Below, piece by piece: positions 15,467-24,378 of a stretch of DNA of 32,000 nt. This DNA comes from Candidatus Hadarchaeales archaeon (lineage in GTDB: Archaea; Hadarchaeota; Hadarchaeia; Hadarchaeales; Hadarchaeaceae). The notes beneath the pieces are model-generated. The model was not told where the DNA came from and ran no database searches. It saw only the letters and a list, made by a program, of their open reading frames with translations. The first letter of the stretch is position 1. Every line of letters starts with the position of its first letter. Both the position numbers and the translations under genes were made by a program. The DNA lies in contig JAWBCC010000003.1 of the NCBI GenBank assembly GCA_038823825.1, positions 101,441 to 133,440 on the forward strand, read 5' to 3'.

Positions 15467-16075
15467 GTGCAGCCAGAGGTTGTTTTCGTCGGCAGGTCGA
15501 ATGTTGGCAAGTCCAGCCTGATAAGAGCACTTACGGGACTGCAGGTCAGAGTGGGAAGAAGACCCGGACTCACTAGGAGAATTTTGAGGTATCCTCTTGA
15601 TGGTCTCTCGATTGTTGATATGCCAGGTTTTGGCTTCATGGCTGGTTTACCCAGAAAAGTTCAAGAAAAAGTAAAAACGCAAATTGTCAGATATCTGGAG
15701 GGGAATAAGGAAAAGATACTCTTTGCCATAGAGGTTCTCGATGTCAGAGCGTTTTTAGAAATATGCAAGCGATGGGAGAAAAGAAACCAGATTCCAGTGG
15801 ATGTTGAGATGTTTTATTTCCTCGATGAGTTGGGTCTTGATCCGATTTTGGCGATCAACAAAATTGACATCATCCATCCGCTAGATAGAGATTTCATTTT
15901 GGATGCTATTTGCGAAAAACTTGGTATGTTGCCTCCTTGGCGGCAATGGCTAGACATAGTAGTTCCAGTTTCAGCGAGAACTGGCGAGGGCCTAAAGGAG
16001 CTTCGAGCTCTTATACTCGATAGGCTCAAAAGAAAGAAAGCGGAACATTTGATAAAGTGTTTTAAGAAGTTCTGA
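15467..16075 (+). CDS. engB: GTP-binding protein EngB/YihA
   Basis: ORF track 15467..16075 with a GTG start. Motifs are G1 GRSNVGKSS, G3 DMPGFG and G4 NKID. Confidence 0.85.
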   Translation: MQPEVVFVGRSNVGKSSLIRALTGLQVRVGRRPGLTRRILRYPLDGLSIVDMPGFGFMAGLPRKVQEKVKTQIVRYLEGNKEKILFAIEVLDVRAFLEICKRWEKRNQIPVDVEMFYFLDELGLDPILAINKIDIIHPLDRDFILDAICEKLGMLPPWRQWLDIVVPVSARTGEGLKELRALILDRLKRKKAEHLIKCFKKF

Positions 16076-16958
16076 TTTCGGAAAACGCAGGCACTTTAAC
16101 CATTTTTTCCAGAATCGTGGAAAGATCGAAGGGGAGCTTTTCACCTTTTCTCAAATTCTCAACTGCGAGAAGGGTTTCCAATCCTATTTTTATCATGTCT
16201 TCCTCCAGCTTTGATTTCTTGATATCTTCCTTAAGCTCTATGGGTCCACTCTCTCCGGGCGATGCGAGAATCGCGAGAATCTCGCCCACGCGAATTTTCC
16301 CGGCTCTTTTCATCTGATAGAAATCTCTGAGAATACAGTAGACAGAAAACTCCATTGAGCTTGCAAGTACTCCCATTTGCTTGTATGAGTCAAGCTTGGG
16401 TTTCAAGATCTCGTAGAGAGGAGAGAAATATGGTGTTTCTCTGAAGTATAAGTCATCTTTAACGTGTGTGATACCAATCCATAGATTTCGCAAAAATTCA
16501 TAGCCGTACATTTCCGCGGTTCCCACAATTATCGGAACCAGTTCTGGATCGGCAATCGCTGGAAATTCTGCTCCGACCACGGCTTGGGTGGTTCTCTCAT
16601 CCCTCACACAACCAGTTGTTATAACAAGATGACCTGGCTTGACAAAGTTTTGAAGTGCGCCAGCTGTACCGAGTCTTAAAATCGTTAATGGACCTTCTGT
16701 CAATTCGATAGCTTCTGGGAGAGTTATCGCAGCACTCGCCGGACCCATACCCGTTGCGAAAGCAGAAACCATGATTCCCTTGTATTCGCCGTGAACTACG
16801 GTCAGACCTCTGTCTCCATCGATTATCTCCGAATTTTTAAGATACTTGCTGATTTTTCTCACTCTTCCTGGAGATCCGGCTGTAAGAATATTTGGGTAAA
16901 ATTTTTCAGACTCGAGGTGATATGCCTTGCCAGTAGGTGTTTTGAAAGTTATCCTCAT
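16062..16958 (-). CDS. PNP/UDP family-1 nucleoside phosphorylase (uridine/purine/MTA phosphorylase-like) with a C-terminal ~60 aa extension
   Basis: The ORF track gives 16062..17063. I trimmed it to ATG 16958 (MRITFK), preceded by AAGGAGG (16961-16967). Family blocks are GSPGRVRKIS, TGMGPASAAI, LRLGTAGAL and SSMEFS. Confidence 0.8.
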   Translation of the reverse strand: MRITFKTPTGKAYHLESEKFYPNILTAGSPGRVRKISKYLKNSEIIDGDRGLTVVHGEYKGIMVSAFATGMGPASAAITLPEAIELTEGPLTILRLGTAGALQNFVKPGHLVITTGCVRDERTTQAVVGAEFPAIADPELVPIIVGTAEMYGYEFLRNLWIGITHVKDDLYFRETPYFSPLYEILKPKLDSYKQMGVLASSMEFSVYCILRDFYQMKRAGKIRVGEILAILASPGESGPIELKEDIKKSKLEEDMIKIGLETLLAVENLRKGEKLPFDLSTILEKMVKVPAFSEIRTS

Positions 16959-17008
16959 TTCCTCCTTATAAATTTTGTCTGCAATGTTAATAAACCACAA
17001 GAAGTAAG

Positions 17009-17542
17009 ATGTTTGAAGGAATGGGGAAATTAGAAATAACGCTTCTGGTTGGAGATCTAACAAAGCAGGAGGCCGACGCGATTACGAATCCTGCCAACAG
17101 TTTGATGTTCATGGGCGGGGGTGCAGCCGGAGCTCTGAAAAAAGCAGGAGGAGAAGAGATAGAAAAAGAAGCTCGGATGAAGGCGCCCATACCAGTGGGA
17201 AAGGCAGTGGCAACGACTGCGGGTAGACTGAAAGCGAAATTTGTCATTCATGCCCCCACGATGGAACGTCCTGCCATGCCAACAACTAGAGAAAAGGTCT
17301 ATCTTGCCACAAAGGCTGCAATAGAATGTGCTGACGAGGTTGGCGCAAAGAGTTTAGTGATCCCCGGAATGGGCACAGGAGTGGGTGGTTTATCTTTTGA
17401 GGAGGCCGCGGAGGCAATGATTTCCGCTATCAAAGAGATTTCTAAGAAATTAAAAAATCTTCAAAAAATAATTCTTTGTGACATAAACGAGCAAATGGTC
17501 AAAGCTTGGAGAAAGGAACTAGAGCGGCAAGGTTTACTTTGA
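17009..17542 (+). CDS. Macro domain protein (ADP-ribose binding / O-acetyl-ADP-ribose deacetylase-like)
   Basis: ORF track 17009..17542. Macro signatures are GDLTKQEADAITNPANSLMFMGGGAAGAL and PGMGTGVGGLSFEEAA. Confidence 0.85.
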   Translation: MFEGMGKLEITLLVGDLTKQEADAITNPANSLMFMGGGAAGALKKAGGEEIEKEARMKAPIPVGKAVATTAGRLKAKFVIHAPTMERPAMPTTREKVYLATKAAIECADEVGAKSLVIPGMGTGVGGLSFEEAAEAMISAIKEISKKLKNLQKIILCDINEQMVKAWRKELERQGLL

Positions 17543-18223
17543 GAATTCTACAACCTCGAGCAGATCTGCAATGCTTTTAATCACCGCATCGGGCCCATAT
17601 TTCTCTAGCAACTCGCGTCGCATCAGCCCAGTCAAGACCGCGACAGTTTTTGCTCCAACCTTTTTCCCATCTCTGATGTCGTTCCAGTAGTCTCCGACTA
17701 TTACGCATTCCTGCGGTTTGACGCCTAGCTTTTCAATCGCAATCCTAAAGATTTCTTCCTTGGAGAAGTGATGTTTTTCATTCAGGTCTTTTATAGCATC
17801 CCTGCCCGTCACGATCGTGTCCACAAATTCTCCAAGACCGAGCGAATCTAACTCTAGCTTTAATCTTTGGGCAGGGAGAATGCAGCTTGTGATGACGGCA
17901 ATGGGAATTCCCTTTTCCTTAAGTTTTTTGAGAGTTTCTAAACTTCCATTGATCGGTTTGTTTCCCGCATCCTCCTCTCTGTATCTCTCCAAAAATTTCA
18001 GCCAGAACTTGTGCAAGTCTGTTTCAGGTCCGAGTCTTTCTAGAATCACATCATCAAGTGTGTCGTCGATGTACCTCTTCAGAAACTCGTCCCAGCTGAT
18101 AGTTTTCCCACCCTCTTGTGCGATGAGTTCGTTGAAGACCACGAAAAACCTAGGAAGAGTATCAACGAGAGTCCCATCGGTGTCGAAAATTACAGCCTTA
18201 GCTTGGATTTTTTGACTAGACAT
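17534..18223 (-). CDS. HAD-superfamily phosphatase (phosphoglycolate phosphatase-like)
   Basis: ORF track 17534..18223. It has HAD motif I VIFDTDGTLVDT, motif II ITS and motif IV VGDYWNDIRDG. Confidence 0.85.
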   Translation of the reverse strand: MSSQKIQAKAVIFDTDGTLVDTLPRFFVVFNELIAQEGGKTISWDEFLKRYIDDTLDDVILERLGPETDLHKFWLKFLERYREEDAGNKPINGSLETLKKLKEKGIPIAVITSCILPAQRLKLELDSLGLGEFVDTIVTGRDAIKDLNEKHHFSKEEIFRIAIEKLGVKPQECVIVGDYWNDIRDGKKVGAKTVAVLTGLMRRELLEKYGPDAVIKSIADLLEVVEFSK

Positions 18224-18254
18224 GACGGGTCCCTTTAATCCTAGTTCTCAACAC

Positions 18255-18291
18255 TTCATGAAGTTTTAAACTTTTTCATGTCTTGAAAAAG
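18255..18291. promoter_or_regulatory. Two palindromes in a divergent promoter (CTTCATGAAG; CTTTTTCA-N5-TGAAAAAG)
   Basis: Both were read directly. A perfect 10-bp palindrome lies at 18255-18264. An 8-bp inverted repeat lies at 18271-18278/18284-18291. They sit between the HAD start (18223, minus) and the QueC-like start (18330, plus). Confidence 0.3.
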
Positions 18292-18329
18292 AATAAAAAA
18301 CAAAGACGCATTAGTCAAAGGGTGAGTTG

Positions 18330-19082
18330 ATGGAAAGAAGAAACGCCATAAATCTGATCTCAGGTGGGGTAGACTCCGTTACTACTGCCTATTACGTCAA
18401 CAAAGTTTTGAAGCCAGCCAAGCAGCTTCTCATATTCTGCAACTACGGACAAAGGACATATGTTGAGGAGGAGTTTTGCATAAAAAAGATTTCGGAGCTT
18501 TTGGGTGTTCCGCTCAAAATAATCGATCTCCGCTGGCTCGGGGAGATAAGCACATCTCTGCTCACGAAGCCAGACGTGCCTATCCCGGAAACGAAAACAG
18601 AAGATCTTTGGGATCCGGACAAAGCAAAACAAAGAATACTACGATGGTGGGACCCATGCAGGAATGCGATTCTTCTTCTCGTGGGTCTTGCACATGCGGA
18701 ATCCTTCTATATTTCAAAGGGAGAAAGATATGATGTTTACATTGGAATAAGACGGGAGACTCCTGTGAGGATGAAGGATAATACCCCCGAATTCATGGAT
18801 GAGATGAACAGACTCGCAGAACATGCGACCCATCACGGTGGATATAGACTACTTGCTCCACTGATCGAGCATGACAAGGACATGGTCGTGAAGCTAGGCG
18901 AGTCTCTTGGAGTTCCTTGGGAATACACGTACAGCTGTTATCAGGGCGGTGGACTTAAAGATGTGGGTGGGAGGATTCTGCCCGTCCACTGTGGAATCTG
19001 CTCAAATTGCAGAAGAAGGGCCATAGCTTTTAAAGATGCAGGCGTCAAGGATCCAAGCATCTACGCAAAACCGCCCATCTAG
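18330..19082 (+). CDS. QueC-family PP-loop ATPase (7-cyano-7-deazaguanine synthase-like, divergent)
   Basis: The ORF track gives 18327..19082. ATG 18330 is preferred, with GGTGA 5 nt upstream. It has the PP-loop SGGVDS, the blocks FCNYGQR and DPCRN, and a C-terminal zinc motif SCY...HCGICSNCRRRAIAF. The canonical SGYPDC block is replaced by VRMKDNTPEF. There is an insertion, ETKTEDLWDPDKAKQRILRWW. Confidence 0.75.
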   Translation: MERRNAINLISGGVDSVTTAYYVNKVLKPAKQLLIFCNYGQRTYVEEEFCIKKISELLGVPLKIIDLRWLGEISTSLLTKPDVPIPETKTEDLWDPDKAKQRILRWWDPCRNAILLLVGLAHAESFYISKGERYDVYIGIRRETPVRMKDNTPEFMDEMNRLAEHATHHGGYRLLAPLIEHDKDMVVKLGESLGVPWEYTYSCYQGGGLKDVGGRILPVHCGICSNCRRRAIAFKDAGVKDPSIYAKPPI

Positions 19083-19103
19083 AATCGATTAAACTTAAAC
19101 ATC

Positions 19104-20282
19104 GTGAATGTTTTTCGGGGGATAGATCTGGAAGTCATTGAGATTCGGAAATGGACGGATGGTTCAGAAGAGAAAATAAAGAGGTCGCTGGCAGAGAAAA
19201 AAATCGTCGCAATACTATGTGATGTTCCACTCGTGGAGGAAATGGAAATAAAGAAAGCTGATGATGGGCTTCTTCTCGGTCCTTGTTGTTCATTCTCGCT
19301 TATCAACGGCAAGGGCGTGGGAATATGGAACGAGATCAAAAAAGGACCAATTGGGCTTATCGGAAGTTCCTCAAGCGGTCTCAGGATGTTGGCTTGCATG
19401 CTCTCGGAAGTGGGAATATCACATGCCATACATGTGGGATGGCGGGATTTCTCCCAGGCGATCGGAGGTCTCTCAACGATAAAAGCTCTAAAGTTTCTTA
19501 AGGAAGATCCCGATACAGAATGTATAGCAGTCATCGGAGTTCTGCCAAACCAGCAAGTTGTGAAGAGAATAATGAAGGAGACGGAGGGCGATAAACCAGT
19601 GCTTTTTCTTTTTCTGGGTTATAAAGCTGAGGAATTGCAGACTCTTGAGAAATTTGCTCAGAGGGTGGCTCAAATAGTTGGTTGCGAGTTAAAACCTGAG
19701 CCATCAGACGAGAAACTTGAAAAGTTTGCGGAAGAAGAAGCCTCCAAGCTTGCATACGGGCAAAAATACGTAAGGGGCATTTTTTCTGGAAGGTTCGCTT
19801 GTGTCGAAGCTCAGCTGATCCTGTCGTGGTTTGGTAAAACGGTTTATTCAAACGTTCCACTTAAACCGCGACTCAGGCTTCCGGATCCGACTTCTAGTCA
19901 GGGGCATACGTTTGTTGATATTTCCATGCCGGAGCCCAGTCCAGGGGTCAACCCGATTGTTGATCCAAGCCCCTACGTGGAGAGAATTGTTAGGGAAGCG
20001 AAAGATGAGCAGATCGGCGCCTTGGTTTTTGACATTGTTTTGGGTCATGGTGCTCACGAGGATCCTGCATCAGTCCTCTCTGAGGCGGTCATCAAAGCTC
20101 GCAGAGTTTGCGAGTCTACTATGGGATATCTTCCGGTTTTTGCCACCATAGTCGGAACGGATAAGGACCCCCAAAATCTAAGCAAGCAGAGGAAGAAATT
20201 GGAAGAAACAGAGGTGATTTTGACATCTTCGACATCTAGAGCTATCACATTGGCCGCCATGACTGCGGGGTTTCAAAAATGA
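19104..20282 (+). CDS. FdrA-like protein (succinyl-CoA synthetase alpha-like fold), N-terminally short
   Basis: ORF track 19104..20282 with a GTG start. The blocks GPIGLIGSSSSGLRMLACMLSEVGISHAIHVGWRDF, KPVLFLFLGY, VRGIFSGRFACVEAQ and FDIVLGHGAHEDPASVL parallel E. coli FdrA as I recall it. The usual N-terminal CoA-binding region is missing. Confidence 0.6.
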   Translation: MNVFRGIDLEVIEIRKWTDGSEEKIKRSLAEKKIVAILCDVPLVEEMEIKKADDGLLLGPCCSFSLINGKGVGIWNEIKKGPIGLIGSSSSGLRMLACMLSEVGISHAIHVGWRDFSQAIGGLSTIKALKFLKEDPDTECIAVIGVLPNQQVVKRIMKETEGDKPVLFLFLGYKAEELQTLEKFAQRVAQIVGCELKPEPSDEKLEKFAEEEASKLAYGQKYVRGIFSGRFACVEAQLILSWFGKTVYSNVPLKPRLRLPDPTSSQGHTFVDISMPEPSPGVNPIVDPSPYVERIVREAKDEQIGALVFDIVLGHGAHEDPASVLSEAVIKARRVCESTMGYLPVFATIVGTDKDPQNLSKQRKKLEETEVILTSSTSRAITLAAMTAGFQK

Positions 20283-21139
20283 TAGTAAAATTTAAACCGG
20301 TGATTTTGCCGGTTATCACAAAATGGGTTGCGGAAAAAATTCTCAAATCCGGCGATGGAGAGTTAGAGGTCTCTCTCGATCTCGGTTTATCAAAAGCAAA
20401 AGTGACTATCTCCGGTGGTTTGGTCAGTCTTCCAACTGGCGATGTTATCAGTTTGAAAGTTTTAGAAAAATTGGAAGAGGGGGACGTTTACATTGTTCGC
20501 GAAAACGAGATTTTCAAGGCAGAGTTTTTTGCCGAAGGTAAGTATTATCGATTGTTTGCTCCTTATCCAGAAGATGCTCCAACACTAGAAATCTCCGGAA
20601 TAAGAATGCATAGGACGGAAGAAGTGACTCCATGGGAGGATGCAAAGATGAAAGTGGTATCCATAAAGGTTTTCCCCAATGCATCCGTGCTGGATATAGG
20701 AACCGGGCTGGGTTACACGGCCATATGGTCGATCAACTTCGGTGCTTCCTCCATAATGACAATTGAAAAAGACCAGAATGTTTTAAAAATGGCGGAGATT
20801 AACCCTTGGTCGAGGAAGCTCGCCGATACAAGAATAACCATCCTACTCGGAGACGCGTCGGAGTTGATCGAAAAATTCGACGATTGTTTGTTCGACAGAG
20901 TGATAAACGATCCTCCCCGCTTTGCCTTGGCAGGAGAACTCTACAGCCGGGAGTTTTATTATGAGATTTTCAGGGTTTTAAAACCAAAAGGGTGGCTTTA
21001 TCACTACGTCGGAGAACCAGGGAAACGGAGAAGAAAGGACATACCGGCAGGAGTTATAAAAAGGTTAAAGGAGTGCGGTTTTGAAAAAATCCGTAGGCAG
21101 GATGTAGGAATCGTAGCCAGAAAACCGGCAGGTGTCTGA
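20279..21139 (+). CDS. SAM-dependent methyltransferase, COG2521-like archaeal family, with a ~110-aa N-terminal domain
   Basis: ORF track 20279..21139. It has SAM motif I VLDIGTGLGYT and the amino-methyltransferase-type motif IV NDPPRF. Its ATG overlaps the upstream stop (ATGA). Confidence 0.8.
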   Translation: MIVKFKPVILPVITKWVAEKILKSGDGELEVSLDLGLSKAKVTISGGLVSLPTGDVISLKVLEKLEEGDVYIVRENEIFKAEFFAEGKYYRLFAPYPEDAPTLEISGIRMHRTEEVTPWEDAKMKVVSIKVFPNASVLDIGTGLGYTAIWSINFGASSIMTIEKDQNVLKMAEINPWSRKLADTRITILLGDASELIEKFDDCLFDRVINDPPRFALAGELYSREFYYEIFRVLKPKGWLYHYVGEPGKRRRKDIPAGVIKRLKECGFEKIRRQDVGIVARKPAGV

Positions 21140-21818
21140 TTTGGTCAGAAAGAAAAGAAATGGACGCATCATAGATTTCATACCGGGAATATTCGGGTCC
21201 ATGGTTTTTGTTTTGCTCTGCATTCTGTTTTTCGTCAGTGGATTCAAAGGGGAATCATCTTACTTGAGTCTTTCATTGGATAAGCCATGGGGAATTTTTA
21301 CGTCGACCTACGTGCATGCGGATTTTAATCATCTCTGGAACAATATTTCGGCCATCCTAATTTTCTCATCAATGATTTTCGTCGTAAACATGTGGGTACC
21401 TAAAAAAATCAGAAAAACCATAAGTTCGACTATGCTTGTTCTTCTTTTCTTCACCGGACCTCTGGTGGGTTCCTTAGAGTATCTGATTTGGCTAGCTACT
21501 AGTAGTTTTGACGTTTCTTCGGTTGGAGCTTCCGATGTCGTCTATGCGGTCTCTGCTCTCGCTCTGGTTTCATTTGGTCTAAACATTCCGATTTTCTGGA
21601 AGGTGTCATCTGGGCGCAGAAAAAGTCGTGCTGCGACCTTTCTTTTTATCGTCGGGATTTTCATAGTTTTTATTTTCTTCTTTTCACTCATACAATCCCC
21701 GGAGGTTTTTTTCAGTGTGGCTCCTGGCGTTGACGTTTTAGCGCATGTCTTTGGCTTTATCATAGGGCTACTCGTTTCCTTCCGTTTTCTCCTTCCGGTT
21801 TACCGGCGGCTGATGTAG
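21132..21818 (+). CDS. Rhomboid-family intramembrane serine protease
   Basis: ORF track 21132..21818 with a GTG start that overlaps the upstream gene by 8 nt. It is polytopic. It carries HADFNHLWNN (HxxxxHxxxN), GASDVVYA (GxSx catalytic Ser) and AHVFGFIIG (catalytic His). Confidence 0.75.
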   Translation: MSDLVRKKRNGRIIDFIPGIFGSMVFVLLCILFFVSGFKGESSYLSLSLDKPWGIFTSTYVHADFNHLWNNISAILIFSSMIFVVNMWVPKKIRKTISSTMLVLLFFTGPLVGSLEYLIWLATSSFDVSSVGASDVVYAVSALALVSFGLNIPIFWKVSSGRRKSRAATFLFIVGIFIVFIFFFSLIQSPEVFFSVAPGVDVLAHVFGFIIGLLVSFRFLLPVYRRLM

Positions 21819-21856
21819 TTTCCGTTTTTTAGGAAGACCGCAAAAGGATAATTGTT

Positions 21857-23113
21857 ATGACGACAAAGGACGCGAAATTCCGCTACCAGTTCAAGAAGAT
21901 GGTGGAGGAACTGGAGGCTTTCAGGGGCAGGGGAACCGAGTTGATATCAGTATATATCCCACCCGATTTCGACATGGCGAAAGTTCTTCAGCAGCTCAGA
22001 GAAGAGTATGGTACGGCAGCGAACATAAAGTCGAAGTCTACACGAAAAAACGTCCAAGCCGCAATTGAGAGAATAATCCAGTTCCTCCAAAGTTATATGA
22101 GAACGAATAAAAAGCCACCCGAGACCGGGCTAGCAATCTTTGCAGGAAACGTTGCAGAAAGGGAAGACTATACGGATATCCAGCTCTACTGGATAGAACC
22201 ACCGGAGCCCATAACAACGAGACTCTACAGATGTGATCAACAGTTTGTCGTAGAACCCTTGAAAGAAATGCTGGAAGTTAAAGAGACACTCGGGGTGCTC
22301 GTTATGGACGGAAACGAGGCAACAATTGCTACTGTGCGGGGAAAGCACGTAGAAATCGTCAGGAGATTGACTTCCGGAATTCCCGGAAAGCACAGTAAAG
22401 GGGGGCAGTCAGCCAGGAGATTTGAAAGATTACGGGAAATAGCCACACATGAGTATCACAAGAGGGTGGCGGAAGCGGCGGCCGAAGTTTTCTTGCAGAT
22501 TCCGGATCTGAAACGCATTTTGATCGGTGGTCCTGGTCCGCATAAGGAGGATTTTCTGAAGGAGGAGCTTCTCCATCCGGAACTCAAAAAGAAAATCGCC
22601 GCTGTAATCGATACAGGATACACAGATGAGCAAGGTGTGAAGGAGGTCGTCAATAAGGCCGAGGAGGTTTTGGGCGAACTTGAGATAGTGCAGGAAAAAA
22701 AGATTTTTCAAAAATTCATGGAGGAAGTTGCCAAAGAATCTGGCTTGGCTGTTTATGGTAAGGAAAAAGTGAGGGAAGCCCTTGAGCACGGTTTGGTCGA
22801 TACTCTTCTGATATCTGAGGCGTTTGGTGAGGTTACAGCAACCATAAGATGTCTAAATTGTAATAATCAGTTTCAGAAAACCGTGAAAAACATTGAAACC
22901 CTGAAAAGACAGCTTCTCTCACAGGAGTGCTCCGTCTGTGGAGAAAAACAATTGCAGATCGTGGAGACAAAAGACGCAGTCCGAGAGTTCCTTGATTTAG
23001 CCGAAAGATTCAACGCGAACGTACACTTCATCTCCACTGAAACGGAGGAGGGGGAGCAATTTTATAGAGGGTTCGGTGGAATCGCCGCGATTTTGAGATA
23101 TAAAACAGCATAA
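21857..23113 (+). CDS. prf1: Peptide chain release factor aRF1
   Basis: ORF track 21857..23113. It has the NIKS motif (ANIKSKS) and the GGQ motif (KGGQSARRF). The C-terminal domain has a CxxC...CxxC insertion. Confidence 0.95.
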   Translation: MTTKDAKFRYQFKKMVEELEAFRGRGTELISVYIPPDFDMAKVLQQLREEYGTAANIKSKSTRKNVQAAIERIIQFLQSYMRTNKKPPETGLAIFAGNVAEREDYTDIQLYWIEPPEPITTRLYRCDQQFVVEPLKEMLEVKETLGVLVMDGNEATIATVRGKHVEIVRRLTSGIPGKHSKGGQSARRFERLREIATHEYHKRVAEAAAEVFLQIPDLKRILIGGPGPHKEDFLKEELLHPELKKKIAAVIDTGYTDEQGVKEVVNKAEEVLGELEIVQEKKIFQKFMEEVAKESGLAVYGKEKVREALEHGLVDTLLISEAFGEVTATIRCLNCNNQFQKTVKNIETLKRQLLSQECSVCGEKQLQIVETKDAVREFLDLAERFNANVHFISTETEEGEQFYRGFGGIAAILRYKTA

Positions 23114-23142
23114 ACTTCATCCACACAGGACATTCCGAGAAG

Positions 23143-24378
23143 TCATGTTCCGAATTTCCAAGATTTCAAGTAGTTCTTTTGTTCAGCGGTGAGCTTTTCC
23201 ATTTTGATTTTGAGAGAACGGAGTTTTAATTTTGCAACTTTCTTGTCTATCTCTTCAGGCACTTGATAAACCTTGGGTTCCAGCTCTGTACCGTGTTTGG
23301 CCAGATATACTGTGCACAAAGCCTGAAGCGAGAAGCTCATATCCATTATTTCTATCGGATGCCCAAGTGAGCGCTTACCCGCCAGATTGACTAGACGCCC
23401 CTCCGTGAGAAGATATAAACGTTTTCCGTTCCTAAGCTTGAATTCCTTTACGTCCTCGATGATTTCTCGTTCGGAAGTGGCCAGCTTTTCCAGTCCCTTC
23501 AGATCTATTTCCACATTGAAGTGGCCAGCATTCGCGAGGATGGCACCGTCTCTCATTTTTTGCATATGCTCTGGGCGTATCACATTGACGTTGCCAGTTG
23601 CCGTGATGAAAATGTCCCCATCACGCACGGCTTCCTTCATGCTACCAACACGAAATCCATCCATTGCGGCTTCGAGTGCTCGGATAGGATCGGTCTCCAC
23701 CACAATGACGTTCGCTCCAAGCCCTCTTGCACGTGAAGCTATCCCTCTCCCTACATATCCGTAACCTACAACCACCACACACTTGCCCGCAATCAGAGTG
23801 TTCGTGATGCTCATTATCGCCTGCAAAGTCGATTCTGCTGTCCCAAATCTGTTATCGAAAAGGCGCTTTGCTGGCGTATCGTTTACAGCAATAACCGGAA
23901 TTTTAAGTGCTCCATCTTTTTCCATAGCTCGTAGTCTCATGACACCAGTTGTTGTTTCCTCACACCCACCGATCAGCCTCTCAAATTCTGGATGTTTTTC
24001 ATGTGCAAGAACGGTGAGGTCTCCTCCATCGTCGATTATTAAATCAGGAGCATGAGAGAGGACCTTTTCGAGGTTTCGATAATATTCTTGTTCGCTTTCC
24101 CCTCTTTTCGCGTATACAAAATTACCTTCCTCCGCAAGGGCTTCAGCAACTTCATCCTTGGTCGAAAGCGGATTACATCCTGCAATAGCGATTTCTGCCC
24201 CCGCATCGCGTAGTGCCCTGACAAGTACACCAGTTTTGGCTTCTACATGTAGCGCCATTCCCACCTTGAGTCCTTTCAATGGTTTCTTTTTCGAGAGCTC
24301 CCGTCTCACTTCGGCCAGAACTGGCATGCGTGATTCGGCCCAGTTTAGCATTCTTTCCCCGATATCTTTGGGTTTCAT
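23143..24378 (-). CDS. ahcY: Adenosylhomocysteinase family hydrolase (SAH or S-inosylhomocysteine hydrolase)
   Basis: ORF track 23143..24378. Family blocks are HVEAKTGVL, CNPLSTKD, IIDDGGDL, ETTTGV, the NAD fold VVVGYGYVGRG, and NAGHFNVEID. Confidence 0.93.
   Translation of the reverse strand: MKPKDIGERMLNWAESRMPVLAEVRRELSKKKPLKGLKVGMALHVEAKTGVLVRALRDAGAEIAIAGCNPLSTKDEVAEALAEEGNFVYAKRGESEQEYYRNLEKVLSHAPDLIIDDGGDLTVLAHEKHPEFERLIGGCEETTTGVMRLRAMEKDGALKIPVIAVNDTPAKRLFDNRFGTAESTLQAIMSITNTLIAGKCVVVVGYGYVGRGIASRARGLGANVIVVETDPIRALEAAMDGFRVGSMKEAVRDGDIFITATGNVNVIRPEHMQKMRDGAILANAGHFNVEIDLKGLEKLATSEREIIEDVKEFKLRNGKRLYLLTEGRLVNLAGKRSLGHPIEIMDMSFSLQALCTVYLAKHGTELEPKVYQVPEEIDKKVAKLKLRSLKIKMEKLTAEQKNYLKSWKFGT

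Noticed and set aside
14667-17063. Long N-terminal extensions in the ORF track for SufC (to 15461) and the nucleoside phosphorylase (to 17063); MetRS likewise (from 26256)
   Set aside because: Conserved family N-termini and SD-like sequences point to internal starts at 15383/15377, 16958 and 26283. The extensions are hydrophobic or low-complexity and overlap neighbouring promoters.
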